Assembly: GCA_963719085.1 (NCBI GenBank)
Contig: CAVRAL010000004.1
Coordinates: 320,001 to 384,000, forward strand
DNA: 64,000 nt
DNA from: a candidate division FCPU426 bacterium
GTDB taxonomy: Bacteria > Oederibacteriota > Muellerivitia > Muellerivitales > Muellerivitaceae
Direction of reading: 5' to 3'
This document shows positions 40,088 to 48,483 of this stretch, piece by piece (position 1 is the stretch's first letter; every line of letters begins with the position of its first letter). Both the position numbers and the translations under genes were made by a program. Under the pieces are notes generated by a model. It did not search any database and was not told the DNA's origin. It saw only the letters and a list, made by a program, of their open reading frames with translations.

Positions 40088-41449
40088 TCAGCGCTGGGGC
40101 GTGGGCGCCAGAATGGCGGAAACCCGCCGCAGTAAAATAAACCCCACCACCCGCATCACCAAGATGAGCCCGATCAAAGCCGTGGGCGACACATGGCCGT
40201 AGATAAAAGAGGAAAAAGATCCGGCCACGAGAACGCCAATATAAACAAAGGCCGTGGAGGCGGCCACGACTTTCGCCCTTTCCTTCTCATCGATGATGCT
40301 CATCCAAACCGCGGTGCTGACCGAGGCGTAAAGCGACCCGCCCACCGCGCCCAGGCTGGCGGACAAGAGGCAGCCGATCAAAAGTCCGCTGGAACCGGGC
40401 GTGATCCAAAGCAAAAGCGCCATCGCGCCCACGCCAAAAAGCTGGTCGAAACCAAGGATTTTCACGATCTGTCTTTCCGACAAATTCGGCATGAGGAAAA
40501 AAAGCATGAAGAAAGCCACATAGGCCGAACCTTGGGTCAGGATGGAGAGGTAGGAATCCCGAAGCCCCAGGTACCGCGCGTAATAAAGCGAGGCGTAAAT
40601 GGCCCAGGTGGCGATGAACCATTCATCGATCAAACGCGAGGATAGGAAAAGAATCCAGCCGGGCTTTTTCAGGTATTTGCGTAAAGTGAGGACATACTGG
40701 CCTAAACCTTCCTTTAAAATCCGCGCCCAGGACCCCGGGGGCTTCTCATAAATTTCCGATTGGGGTAAAAGCCGCCAGCGCAGCGCGATGCCGACCGTCA
40801 CCGAGCCGAAGAAAAACCAATACATCCCATGGCAAGCCGGGCCCAAGCCCATTTTTTCCACCCAAAGCCCGCCCAACAATGGGAAAAAAAACAGGAACGG
40901 CGCCAAGTTGACCAGTTGCAACACCGTATAGACATATCCGCGTTTTTTAGCCGAAAGGTCCTCGGCCAAAAGGCATTGGTAAGGAGGCAGGGATAGGGCA
41001 TTGGTGGCGATAAAAAAGATCGCGGCGATGCACCACCATTTGTTGTGGGCCAGGGCCAGACACAACGTGTACCCGCACCAGGTAAAGATGTCAAAAGTGA
41101 TGAGGGCCCGCTTGCGGCCCCAAACATCCGAAAAGTAGCCGCCCAGAAAAAAACCCACCAGCCCCACGGCCTTCATCAAAAATTGGTAAAGACCCACCTC
41201 GGTCTCGGACAATCCCAATTGCACCATATAAAGACTCAGGTAAGGAGCGACCATGCAAAGGCTGATGGTCCAAAGCACGCCGGCGTAAATGGTGACGGAT
41301 TGCCGGCGGGGCATGCTTAAAAACATACGGCGGGTTTTTAAACCATGCCGCCCGATCAAAAACATCGGCTTATCCAAAAGAGCCGCGTTCCATTCCCCGC
41401 CGATGGAACGGGCCAGGGAGCGCAAGGCGGAAAAAAGAGTCAGGATCAC
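40088..41449 (-). CDS. MFS transporter
   Basis: GGYFSDVWGRKR (motif A), about 12 TMs. Confidence 0.9.
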   Translation of the reverse strand: MILTLFSALRSLARSIGGEWNAALLDKPMFLIGRHGLKTRRMFLSMPRRQSVTIYAGVLWTISLCMVAPYLSLYMVQLGLSETEVGLYQFLMKAVGLVGFFLGGYFSDVWGRKRALITFDIFTWCGYTLCLALAHNKWWCIAAIFFIATNALSLPPYQCLLAEDLSAKKRGYVYTVLQLVNLAPFLFFFPLLGGLWVEKMGLGPACHGMYWFFFGSVTVGIALRWRLLPQSEIYEKPPGSWARILKEGLGQYVLTLRKYLKKPGWILFLSSRLIDEWFIATWAIYASLYYARYLGLRDSYLSILTQGSAYVAFFMLFFLMPNLSERQIVKILGFDQLFGVGAMALLLWITPGSSGLLIGCLLSASLGAVGGSLYASVSTAVWMSIIDEKERAKVVAASTAFVYIGVLVAGSFSSFIYGHVSPTALIGLILVMRVVGFILLRRVSAILAPTPQR

Positions 41450-41531
41450 AAAGCCGCCTTAACCGGTTTAATCACTCGACAGCCAAAATAAGCCACTTCG
41501 ATCGACCCGAGAAATCTAACTCGGAAGGTTG

Positions 41532-41560
41532 ATTATTCTATTCGACCGGGAGGCTTTCAA
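41532..41560 (-). promoter_or_regulatory. Putative sigma70 promoter (TTGAAA-N17-AATAAT) for the MFS-DMT genes
   Basis: 17-bp spacing in an intergenic gap. Confidence 0.5.
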
Positions 41561-41579
41561 CCCTTTTGTTCCAATCCTA

Positions 41580-42731
41580 CTAAACAGCCTGAAACTTCCT
41601 TCGAATCCACCGGTTGGCGGGCGTTTCAAAGAAATGAAAAGACAGGGCCGCCACCGCCGTTGAGACCGCCGCGAAAATCGGGAACGAAAAATAAATGTTC
41701 CCGCCCATCAACCGGGGCGACAGAAAATAAAGGACGGTCGTATGAAAAAGATAATTGCCATAGCTGTACTTGCCGGGAAGCGAGAAAATCCAAAAAAATT
41801 TCGACTCCAACCACGGGAGATTCAAGCCCCCCAAGAGGGCCAGGGCCAGCGCGGCGGCGGCCGACCAGGGGGCGTAAAAAGAATCAAAAAGTTCCGCGCT
41901 GGAAGTCGTCCAAAAAACCACCGCGAACCCGGCGAAGCCGATCAAGGCCAATCCCAAGGACCAACTGGGCCTAGTGCGTAAACCCGGCCCCCAGTTTTTT
42001 TGTAAAAAGTAAAGGCCGATGCCCAGCCCGATTTGATCGAAATAACCAAAAGATCCCCACTTCCAATCGAAACCATTATCCAAGGGCTGTTGAAACACGA
42101 ACCAACGCCAGCCGAATCCCAGGGCCAACAACGCCCCCAAAAAGAAACCCAGGTTCCGCGGCCGCTTTAGGAAATTTAAAATCAGGGGATAAAAAAGATA
42201 AAACTGCTCCTCCACCGCGAGCGACCAAAGCACGCCCCAATGGAGGCTGATGTCTCCCCACCGGTTCAAACTCCAGTAAGCCCGGGCCCAATTGAAAGCG
42301 AAAAATAAAAGCGGCAGCCAAAAAGTAAGGTCGCCGGGGTGCTTCGGCAGGTGAAAACAACAGGCGAAAAGCAGGGACGATTTTTTTAAAAAGATCCAAA
42401 AGCAAAGCCCGATCAGGATATCCAAAACCAACAACGGGACAATGCGCCCGACCCGGTGGGCGTAAAACCGGCCCCAACCCGCTTTAAAAGCGCCCCCGGG
42501 CGCTTGGTCTAAGATACGGGTGATCAGAAATCCCGAGATCATAAAAAAGACCGAGACCCCGTAAGCCCCGTTCCGTTGCAAATGGTCCCAAATCTCCGGC
42601 AAGTCTTTTTGGGGGTCCAAAAGCCAGGGCGTGGAATGAAGCGCCAGCACCGGCAGAATCGCCAAGGTTCGCGCCAGGTCGATCACTTGAATATTATGAG
42701 CCGGTGTTTTAACCAGGGGGCGGGGGAGCAT
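41580..42731 (-). CDS. Acyltransferase family 3 (membrane O-acyltransferase)
   Basis: D..R..A...V..H, GV.VFF.ISGFLI, WSLAVEEQFY, SYG.YLFH. Confidence 0.92.
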   Translation of the reverse strand: MLPRPLVKTPAHNIQVIDLARTLAILPVLALHSTPWLLDPQKDLPEIWDHLQRNGAYGVSVFFMISGFLITRILDQAPGGAFKAGWGRFYAHRVGRIVPLLVLDILIGLCFWIFLKKSSLLFACCFHLPKHPGDLTFWLPLLFFAFNWARAYWSLNRWGDISLHWGVLWSLAVEEQFYLFYPLILNFLKRPRNLGFFLGALLALGFGWRWFVFQQPLDNGFDWKWGSFGYFDQIGLGIGLYFLQKNWGPGLRTRPSWSLGLALIGFAGFAVVFWTTSSAELFDSFYAPWSAAAALALALLGGLNLPWLESKFFWIFSLPGKYSYGNYLFHTTVLYFLSPRLMGGNIYFSFPIFAAVSTAVAALSFHFFETPANRWIRRKFQAV

Positions 42732-42740
42732 GGAGGCGCT

Positions 42741-43403
42741 TTAAAAATTAAGGGATAGGATTTTTATTTGGCGCTCAAGCTGTTCCATTTGCCGGAAGCA
42801 TTGGTAATAGGGGTCCGCCAAGTAAGCGTAATGCTCATGTTTGCCCGGTTGGCGTTCCGCCAAGGCTAGGCCTTCCAAAAAGGCCGAATTTCGGACTTTT
42901 TCAAGCTCCAAAATAAAATCAGTTTCTAAAAAATGCTCGTAAACCAGAATTTTGCCCAGGTTGCGCTCGATCCGTTCGCGTTGGTGCTTCAAATAGTCGT
43001 GCCAATGGTCAAAGCCCAGAAAGCTCAACCGCGCGGACCCCGATCCGGGTTTTATCTTCTCGAAAATCTTGAAAAAATCATCATCCGTAGGCTTCTCAAT
43101 ATTGCACCGGTGCTCCGCTCCCGCCAAGGCCGTATCGAAAATCTGTTTAGTCTGGGTAATGATTTCCTTTAAATAAGGCACCACCACCCGGCTCATATTG
43201 CGTTGGTTCATCCGGTCCGGGTAATAAATGGTCAGTAGATAAAAGAAAAAAGAGGCGATATAGGTGAGGGAAAGTCCGGCCACCAGTTCGGTATGGTCCT
43301 TCTCATAAAGCCAGGACGATACTCCTAAAAGCAAAACTAAAAACCAATTGCGCCGAAGGAAAACCCCAATCTCCCAGGCGATATTGCGCAGATGGCGTTT
43401 CAC
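42741..43403 (-). CDS. Hypothetical membrane protein (2 N-terminal TM)
   Basis: GTG at 43403 overlaps the rimI stop (GTGA), a more plausible start than 43505. Confidence 0.65.
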   Translation of the reverse strand: MKRHLRNIAWEIGVFLRRNWFLVLLLGVSSWLYEKDHTELVAGLSLTYIASFFFYLLTIYYPDRMNQRNMSRVVVPYLKEIITQTKQIFDTALAGAEHRCNIEKPTDDDFFKIFEKIKPGSGSARLSFLGFDHWHDYLKHQRERIERNLGKILVYEHFLETDFILELEKVRNSAFLEGLALAERQPGKHEHYAYLADPYYQCFRQMEQLERQIKILSLNF

Positions 43404-43855
43404 GAGGCTTGTCCCGGTTCCGGAATTTCGCGGATCATCACAATGGCGTCTTCCAAATTGTCGCTGTAATACTGTTTGCGGATGGCGATTGAGCGAAACT
43501 GGCATTTTTCATAGAGCGCCTGGGCCGCCTGGTTTCCCGCCCGCACTTCCAAGGTGGCCAGGCGGGAGCCCCGCTTGGCCGCGAATTCCACACAGCGCTC
43601 GATCATTTCTTGGCCTAAACCCTTACGCCGAAAGTCGGGGCCGATGGCCAAGTTGATGATATGGGCTTCCTCGGGCGCCTGCCAATAGCCCATATAACCG
43701 GCGACCCTTCCTTCCACTTCCACCACAAAATAATGCGCCAGGGGCCGGCGCAGTTCTTCCTCAAAAAGCTCCTTGGACCAGGGCGAGGGCATCGAAGCTT
43801 TCTCGATTTGCGTCACTTGGTCCAGGTCCACTTCCAGCATGGGTCGAAAAATCAC
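43400..43855 (-). CDS. rimI: Ribosomal protein alanine N-acetyltransferase
   Basis: PWS, HIINLAI, RRKGLG, LEVR..N..A..LY, RKQYY...EDA. Confidence 0.95.
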   Translation of the reverse strand: MIFRPMLEVDLDQVTQIEKASMPSPWSKELFEEELRRPLAHYFVVEVEGRVAGYMGYWQAPEEAHIINLAIGPDFRRKGLGQEMIERCVEFAAKRGSRLATLEVRAGNQAAQALYEKCQFRSIAIRKQYYSDNLEDAIVMIREIPEPGQAS

Positions 43856-43874
43856 GGAAAACCTTTCGTCACGG

Positions 43875-43962
43875 GAACAATGATAAACGCGGATAAACGC
43901 GGATAATAATTAAAAAAATCCAAGAGAAAATAATTGGTTGTTCATCCGCGTGCATCTGCGTC
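43875..43962. repeat. Intergenic inverted repeat, family A
   Basis: GAACAATGATAAACGCGGATAAACGCGGAT / ATCCGCGTGCATCTGCGTC. Confidence 0.75.
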
Positions 43963-44064
43963 CGCGTCGCTTCTCCATATAGTTGTTAAGGGAGAGCAAC
44001 ATTGTCCCGGGTGTCTTTAACTACGATATGGAATCCCGGGACATCATTGTAAATGTTTTTGTCC

Positions 44065-44748
44065 TTATTTTTCGTCGACCGAAGGCGGCCGAAGATAGAG
44101 CGGATGGAGATTTTCCAAGGTCGGCCGCTCCCCCGCCTGCCAGTGCCGATAGGCCAGCCGGGCCACGCTCATGGCGCTGGGTTGATGCAAGGCGGTGAAA
44201 GCGAAGAGTCCTTGGGCGCCCAAAGCCTCCCGAATTTCCCGCTCATATTTTAAAGCGCCCGGACCCACGATCCAGGCCCGTCCTTTAAGCTCGGCCAGCA
44301 ATTGCTCGGGCTTCAGTATCCGCGGCGGGTCCAAAGGCCGGATCTGGTCCGGATCAATCAGGTAATGCCCCACGTAACACTCCCCCCGCTGGGCGTCAAT
44401 CAGGGCCAGGGCCTCGCCTTGCAGTTCGGCGTTTCGAAGGTTCTCCGCCAGCGCGTCCAAAGTGGGTATGCCAAAAGCCAAAAGGTTCGAGGGAAGGCAA
44501 AGCCCCTCCGCCGTGGCGATGCCCACCCGGATGCCGGTAAAACTGCCCGGCCCGACCGCCACCGCCACCGCGTCCAAGTCCTGGGGCCCGGCGCCCTTTT
44601 GGGACAAAAGCGATTCCATGGCCGGGATTAAGGTGACCGAGCTTTCCCAATCCGCCGGCAGATGCACCTCGGCCAGTTCCTCGCCGGTGATGAGGTCCAG
44701 CAGCGCGACGCTTGAAATTCGGGTGGAGACTTCTATAGCGGCCAGCAT
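44065..44748 (-). CDS. tsaB: tRNA t6A biosynthesis protein TsaB
   Basis: GPGSFTGIRVG, DAQRGE.Y, P.YLR. Confidence 0.95.
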   Translation of the reverse strand: MLAAIEVSTRISSVALLDLITGEELAEVHLPADWESSVTLIPAMESLLSQKGAGPQDLDAVAVAVGPGSFTGIRVGIATAEGLCLPSNLLAFGIPTLDALAENLRNAELQGEALALIDAQRGECYVGHYLIDPDQIRPLDPPRILKPEQLLAELKGRAWIVGPGALKYEREIREALGAQGLFAFTALHQPSAMSVARLAYRHWQAGERPTLENLHPLYLRPPSVDEK

Positions 44749-45206
44749 TTAAGAATCTCCTCGAGTCGGCTTTGACAGTCCGGATGGACCGCTTCTAAAA
44801 TAATCCTTCTTTTTTCCTCGTCTAAAATTTCCAGGAACAATTTCAAGGTTTTCGGGGGGAACAGCTTGGGAAACTTGTCGCCCCATTCCACCACCGTCAC
44901 GCCGCCCCGCTCGACCCATTCACCCCATCCCAGGTCCTCGACCTCGGCGGGTTTGCTCAAACGATACCAGTCGAAATGATAAAGCGGCACGGCCGCGGGA
45001 TAAATATTTTGAAGGTTGAAGGTGGGCGAGGTCACCGGCCCCGCAAAGCCCATTCCGGAGGCCAGGCCCTTCACGAAATGCGTTTTCCCCGCGCCCAAAG
45101 GCCCGATCAAATTCCAAACTTCCCCCGGCTTCGCCCCGCTTCCCACCAAGCGGCCCAATTGAAAGGTCTCCTCGGGGGTTTCGATCATGAAACTTCCGGT
45201 CAGCAA
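44733..45206 (-). CDS. tsaE: tRNA t6A biosynthesis ATPase TsaE
   Basis: GPLGAGKT, VTSPTF, HFDWYRL, VEW. Confidence 0.96.
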   Translation of the reverse strand: MLTGSFMIETPEETFQLGRLVGSGAKPGEVWNLIGPLGAGKTHFVKGLASGMGFAGPVTSPTFNLQNIYPAAVPLYHFDWYRLSKPAEVEDLGWGEWVERGGVTVVEWGDKFPKLFPPKTLKLFLEILDEEKRRIILEAVHPDCQSRLEEILKCWPL

Positions 45207-45231
45207 TGGTTTTTCCTTGGGAGTTGGATTC

Positions 45232-46260
45232 TTATGATTTCGCGGGGAAATGATCGAACCCCCCCGACTTGAGGGGTTTCACTTGGCCGGTACGGGTAAT
45301 AAAAGTGACGCCTTTGGCTTTGGGCACCACGCGCCCAATGGCCTTGACCGAATCCCCGGTCTGGGAGGGCATTTTCTGGACGACGTCGGATATTTTCGTC
45401 AAGGGCACGGTAAAAAGCAGTTCATAGTCTTCCCCGCCGTTCAGGGCGAACTCGATCGGGTCCAGTTTGCGCTCGGGGCAAAAATGAAGCAGGGAGTCCG
45501 AGAGGGGCAAGGCTTCCTCGTGAATTTCAATCCCCACGCCCGAGGCCTCGCACAAATGGTGAATTTCGCTGGAAAGCCCATCGGATAAATCAATCGCCGA
45601 CGAGGCCGCTTGATGGGTTGAAAGATAACGGCCCGCCACGAACCGGGGAATGGGGGTCAAATGGCGTTTGATGAGCAGTGACTCCGCTTCTTTGCCCTTG
45701 GACGAGGGATGAAGAATGGCTTCCAAACCCGCCGCCGAATCGCCCAAGGTTCCTGTCACGAAAAGCGCGTCCCCGACTTTGGCGCCCGATCGTTTGAGGG
45801 CTTTGCCGTTTTCCACTTCCCCGAGCAAAGCCACGTTCACCACGAATTGGTCCGCGCCCACGGTGTCGCCCCCCACGATCTGAACCCCAAACTGCCCGCC
45901 CCAGCCCTTCATCCCTTCGTAAAACGATTCCAGAAACGCCAGCTCGAAATTCGGCGGCACCCCCAAGGAAACCACCGCCGCGGTGGGCTTGGCGCCCATG
46001 GCGGCGCAATCGCTGATATTGACGGCCAGCGTTTTGGCGCCAAGCTCCCAAGCCGAAATATATTTGAAATCAAAGTGACGGCCTTCCACCAGCATGTCGG
46101 TGGTGAAAACCATCTCATGGCCCGCCGAGGGTTTTAAAATAGCCGCGTCATCGCCTATACCTAAAATGACTGATGGATTTTTGGCCTTGAGCGCGGCCTT
46201 TATTTTATCGATGAACCCAAACTCGCCGACCGATTCCAAAGTCTTCTTTTTATCCGTCAA
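45232..46260 (-). CDS. thiL: Thiamine-monophosphate kinase
   Basis: GEFGFI, GIGDDAA, NISD.AAMG, GGDT, DLSDGL, GGEDYEL. Confidence 0.97.
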   Translation of the reverse strand: MTDKKKTLESVGEFGFIDKIKAALKAKNPSVILGIGDDAAILKPSAGHEMVFTTDMLVEGRHFDFKYISAWELGAKTLAVNISDCAAMGAKPTAAVVSLGVPPNFELAFLESFYEGMKGWGGQFGVQIVGGDTVGADQFVVNVALLGEVENGKALKRSGAKVGDALFVTGTLGDSAAGLEAILHPSSKGKEAESLLIKRHLTPIPRFVAGRYLSTHQAASSAIDLSDGLSSEIHHLCEASGVGIEIHEEALPLSDSLLHFCPERKLDPIEFALNGGEDYELLFTVPLTKISDVVQKMPSQTGDSVKAIGRVVPKAKGVTFITRTGQVKPLKSGGFDHFPAKS

Positions 46261-46275
46261 GGCTTCTTCCTTTTA

Positions 46276-47481
46276 TTAAGTCGTGTAGCGTCCGTTGATG
46301 TCGATATAGCCGTCGGTCAAGTCACAGGTATAAACCGTCGATTTTCCCTTGCCCAGCCGCAGATCCACCCGGATCGCGATTTCTTTTTTTTGAAGGATGC
46401 TTTTAAGCTTGGCCCGCGACCACCCCTTCTTGGGGGCCCCATCGTAAAGCCGGTAGCCTCCAATAGAAACCATGGCCTTAAATTCATCGACCGCCGCGCC
46501 CGAATAACCCACCGCCGTCAGGATACGGCCCCAATTGGGATCGGCGCCGAAAACCGCGGTCTTCACTAAAGGCGATTTCGCCACCGCCATGGCGGCCAAA
46601 AGCGCCTCCGCGTCACTTTTCGCGCCGGTGATCTCCACCGTCACAAACTTGGTCGCGCCTTCCCCGTCCCGAATGACGGCTTGGGCCAGATCCAGGCAAA
46701 CCGCTTGAAGGGCCTTTAAAAATTCTCGGTAATCGGCGCCGCCCGCCCGCGTGATGGGCTTGGAACCGGAGGCCCCGTTGGCCAAAACCACCACGGAGTC
46801 ACTGGGCGAGGTATCGCCGTCCACCGTGATTCGGTTAAAACTCATGGCCGTCGCTTCCCGGAGCGCTTGTTTCAAGACCGGCTTGAAGATGGAGGCGTCG
46901 GTCAGCACATAGGCCAACATGGTGGCCATATTGGGATGGATCATGCCCGAACCCTTGGCGAATCCGGTCATCCAGGCGGGTTTGCCGCCGGGGAAAAAAG
47001 CCCGGGCGCTGGTTTTGACCACCAGATCGGTCGTGAGAATGGCCCTGGCGAATTCAGGCCCGCCTTCGGAATGAAGCGCGGCCGTCCCTAAGGCGACGCC
47101 TTTTCTAATTTTGGGCCGGGGCACGGGCACCCCGATGACGCCGGTGGAATGGACCAAAACCTCCTGGGGGGAAATTTTTAAACTTCGCGCGGCCCACTTG
47201 GCCGTATCCGCGGCGTCCCGGTAGCCCTGCTTGCCCGTCAAATCATTGGCGTATTTGGTGTTCACCACCACAGCCTTAAGTGATTTTCCTTTTTTTAAGA
47301 GTTCTTCCGTCCGCCGGGCCGGGGCCGATTTGACCGCGTTGCGGGTGACCATGCCCGCCCAAACGGCGGGGCGGCTGGTATAAAGAAATCCCATATCCAA
47401 TTGGGAGTTGCTTTTGAGCCCCGCGTGCACACCGGAGGCGAGAAAACCCAATGGCAGGGGAAAGGGAGTAGAAGTCTTCAT
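46276..47481 (-). CDS. argJ: Bifunctional ornithine acetyltransferase / N-acetylglutamate synthase
   Basis: STGVIG, ILTTD, KGSGMIHPNMATML, DGEGATK, DPNWGR. Confidence 0.98.
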   Translation of the reverse strand: MKTSTPFPLPLGFLASGVHAGLKSNSQLDMGFLYTSRPAVWAGMVTRNAVKSAPARRTEELLKKGKSLKAVVVNTKYANDLTGKQGYRDAADTAKWAARSLKISPQEVLVHSTGVIGVPVPRPKIRKGVALGTAALHSEGGPEFARAILTTDLVVKTSARAFFPGGKPAWMTGFAKGSGMIHPNMATMLAYVLTDASIFKPVLKQALREATAMSFNRITVDGDTSPSDSVVVLANGASGSKPITRAGGADYREFLKALQAVCLDLAQAVIRDGEGATKFVTVEITGAKSDAEALLAAMAVAKSPLVKTAVFGADPNWGRILTAVGYSGAAVDEFKAMVSIGGYRLYDGAPKKGWSRAKLKSILQKKEIAIRVDLRLGKGKSTVYTCDLTDGYIDINGRYTT

Positions 47482-47516
47482 ATGGATTCCTTGTTGGCGA
47501 GGATCGGTGATCAGGC

Positions 47517-47556
47517 ATTGTAGGCTTTGACAAAAAACGTGTCAAACCCGTACCAT
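47517..47556. promoter_or_regulatory. Overlapping divergent sigma70 promoters (argJ unit / HAD gene)
   Basis: Minus: TTGACA (47540-45)-N17-TACAAT (47517-22). Plus: TTGACA (47527-32)-N18-TACCAT (47551-56). Confidence 0.7.
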
Positions 47557-47591
47557 TGGACCGTTTTCAGATTCAAAATCTTAAGCAAACC

Positions 47592-47700
47592 TTTTCACCG
47601 CCAAGACGCCAATTTCGCCAATAGCAACAAAAGACTCAATTTCGCGGGATTTTAATCACCATCCATTATTTCGCTTTTCTTGGCGTCTTGGCGGTGAAAA
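47592..47700. repeat. Intergenic inverted repeat, family C (perfect 21-bp arms)
   Basis: TTTTCACCGCCAAGACGCCAA (47592-47612) / TTGGCGTCTTGGCGGTGAAAA (47680-47700). Confidence 0.9.
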
Positions 47701-47734
47701 CTTGTTTTAGCGCGTTTTGATAAAAAGGAGCCTA

Positions 47735-48385
47735 ATGAAACTCGATGCCGTGTTGTTTGACCTGGACGGAACCCTCATCGACTCAAAAAAAGACATCGCC
47801 GCCGCGGCCAACGCCGCCCGGATCCATTTCGGCATGCCCGCCCTTCCCTTGGAAGTGGCGACGGGGTTTATCGGCTGGGGCATTGATCATTTGAATAAAA
47901 AGGCCCTGGAAACGGATGACCCCCAAAAACTGGCGGAAGGACTCGCGGTTTTGCAGGACTATTATCGGGAACATTGTGTCGACCTGACGGTCGTCTTTCC
48001 CGGCGTCTTCGAGTTGTTGAACTACTTAAAAGACCGTGGAATTAAAATGGGCCTGGTCTCCAACAAACCCCATGAGTTCACTTTAATCACTTTGGAAAAA
48101 CTCAAATTAAGCCCTTACTTCGGCGTGGTCTTTGGCGCCGACGCCACCGAGTTTAAAAAACCCCATCCCGGGCCCTTGCGGGAAGCCTTAAAAAAGCTGG
48201 GGGCTTTGGCGGAAAACTCCGTCATGATCGGCGACTCGCCGGTTGACGCCCAAGCCGCCCAAGCCGTCCCCATGCGGGTGGGATTAGTGACCCATGGATT
48301 TGTGGACCCGGTCTATCTCAAGGAAGCAAAACCGCAATGGGAAGTCAGCTCTCTGCTGGAATTTATCGGTCTATTTCAAAGCTGA
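47735..48385 (+). CDS. gph: HAD hydrolase, phosphoglycolate-phosphatase-like
   Basis: FDLDGTLIDS, VSNK, KPHP, MIGDS..D; ATG 47735 after AAGGAG. Confidence 0.85.
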   Translation: MKLDAVLFDLDGTLIDSKKDIAAAANAARIHFGMPALPLEVATGFIGWGIDHLNKKALETDDPQKLAEGLAVLQDYYREHCVDLTVVFPGVFELLNYLKDRGIKMGLVSNKPHEFTLITLEKLKLSPYFGVVFGADATEFKKPHPGPLREALKKLGALAENSVMIGDSPVDAQAAQAVPMRVGLVTHGFVDPVYLKEAKPQWEVSSLLEFIGLFQS

Positions 48386-48459
48386 CGAATCCCGCATGCC
48401 TACGAGCGAAGCGAATTGCGGGAGAAGTCATCTCTCTGCTGGAATTTATCAGTCTATTT
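48341..48459 (+). repeat. 36-bp direct repeat of the gph 3' end flanking a 47-bp hairpin insert
   Basis: 48341-48376 vs 48424-48459, 34/36 identical. Confidence 0.85.
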
Positions 48460-48483
48460 AAATAAAAGACCGGCTCATCTAAT

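Noticed and set aside
48341..48459. Possible mini-CRISPR (36-bp repeats, 47-bp spacer)
   Set aside because: Only two copies, the repeat is coding sequence of gph, it is not palindromic, and no cas genes are present.
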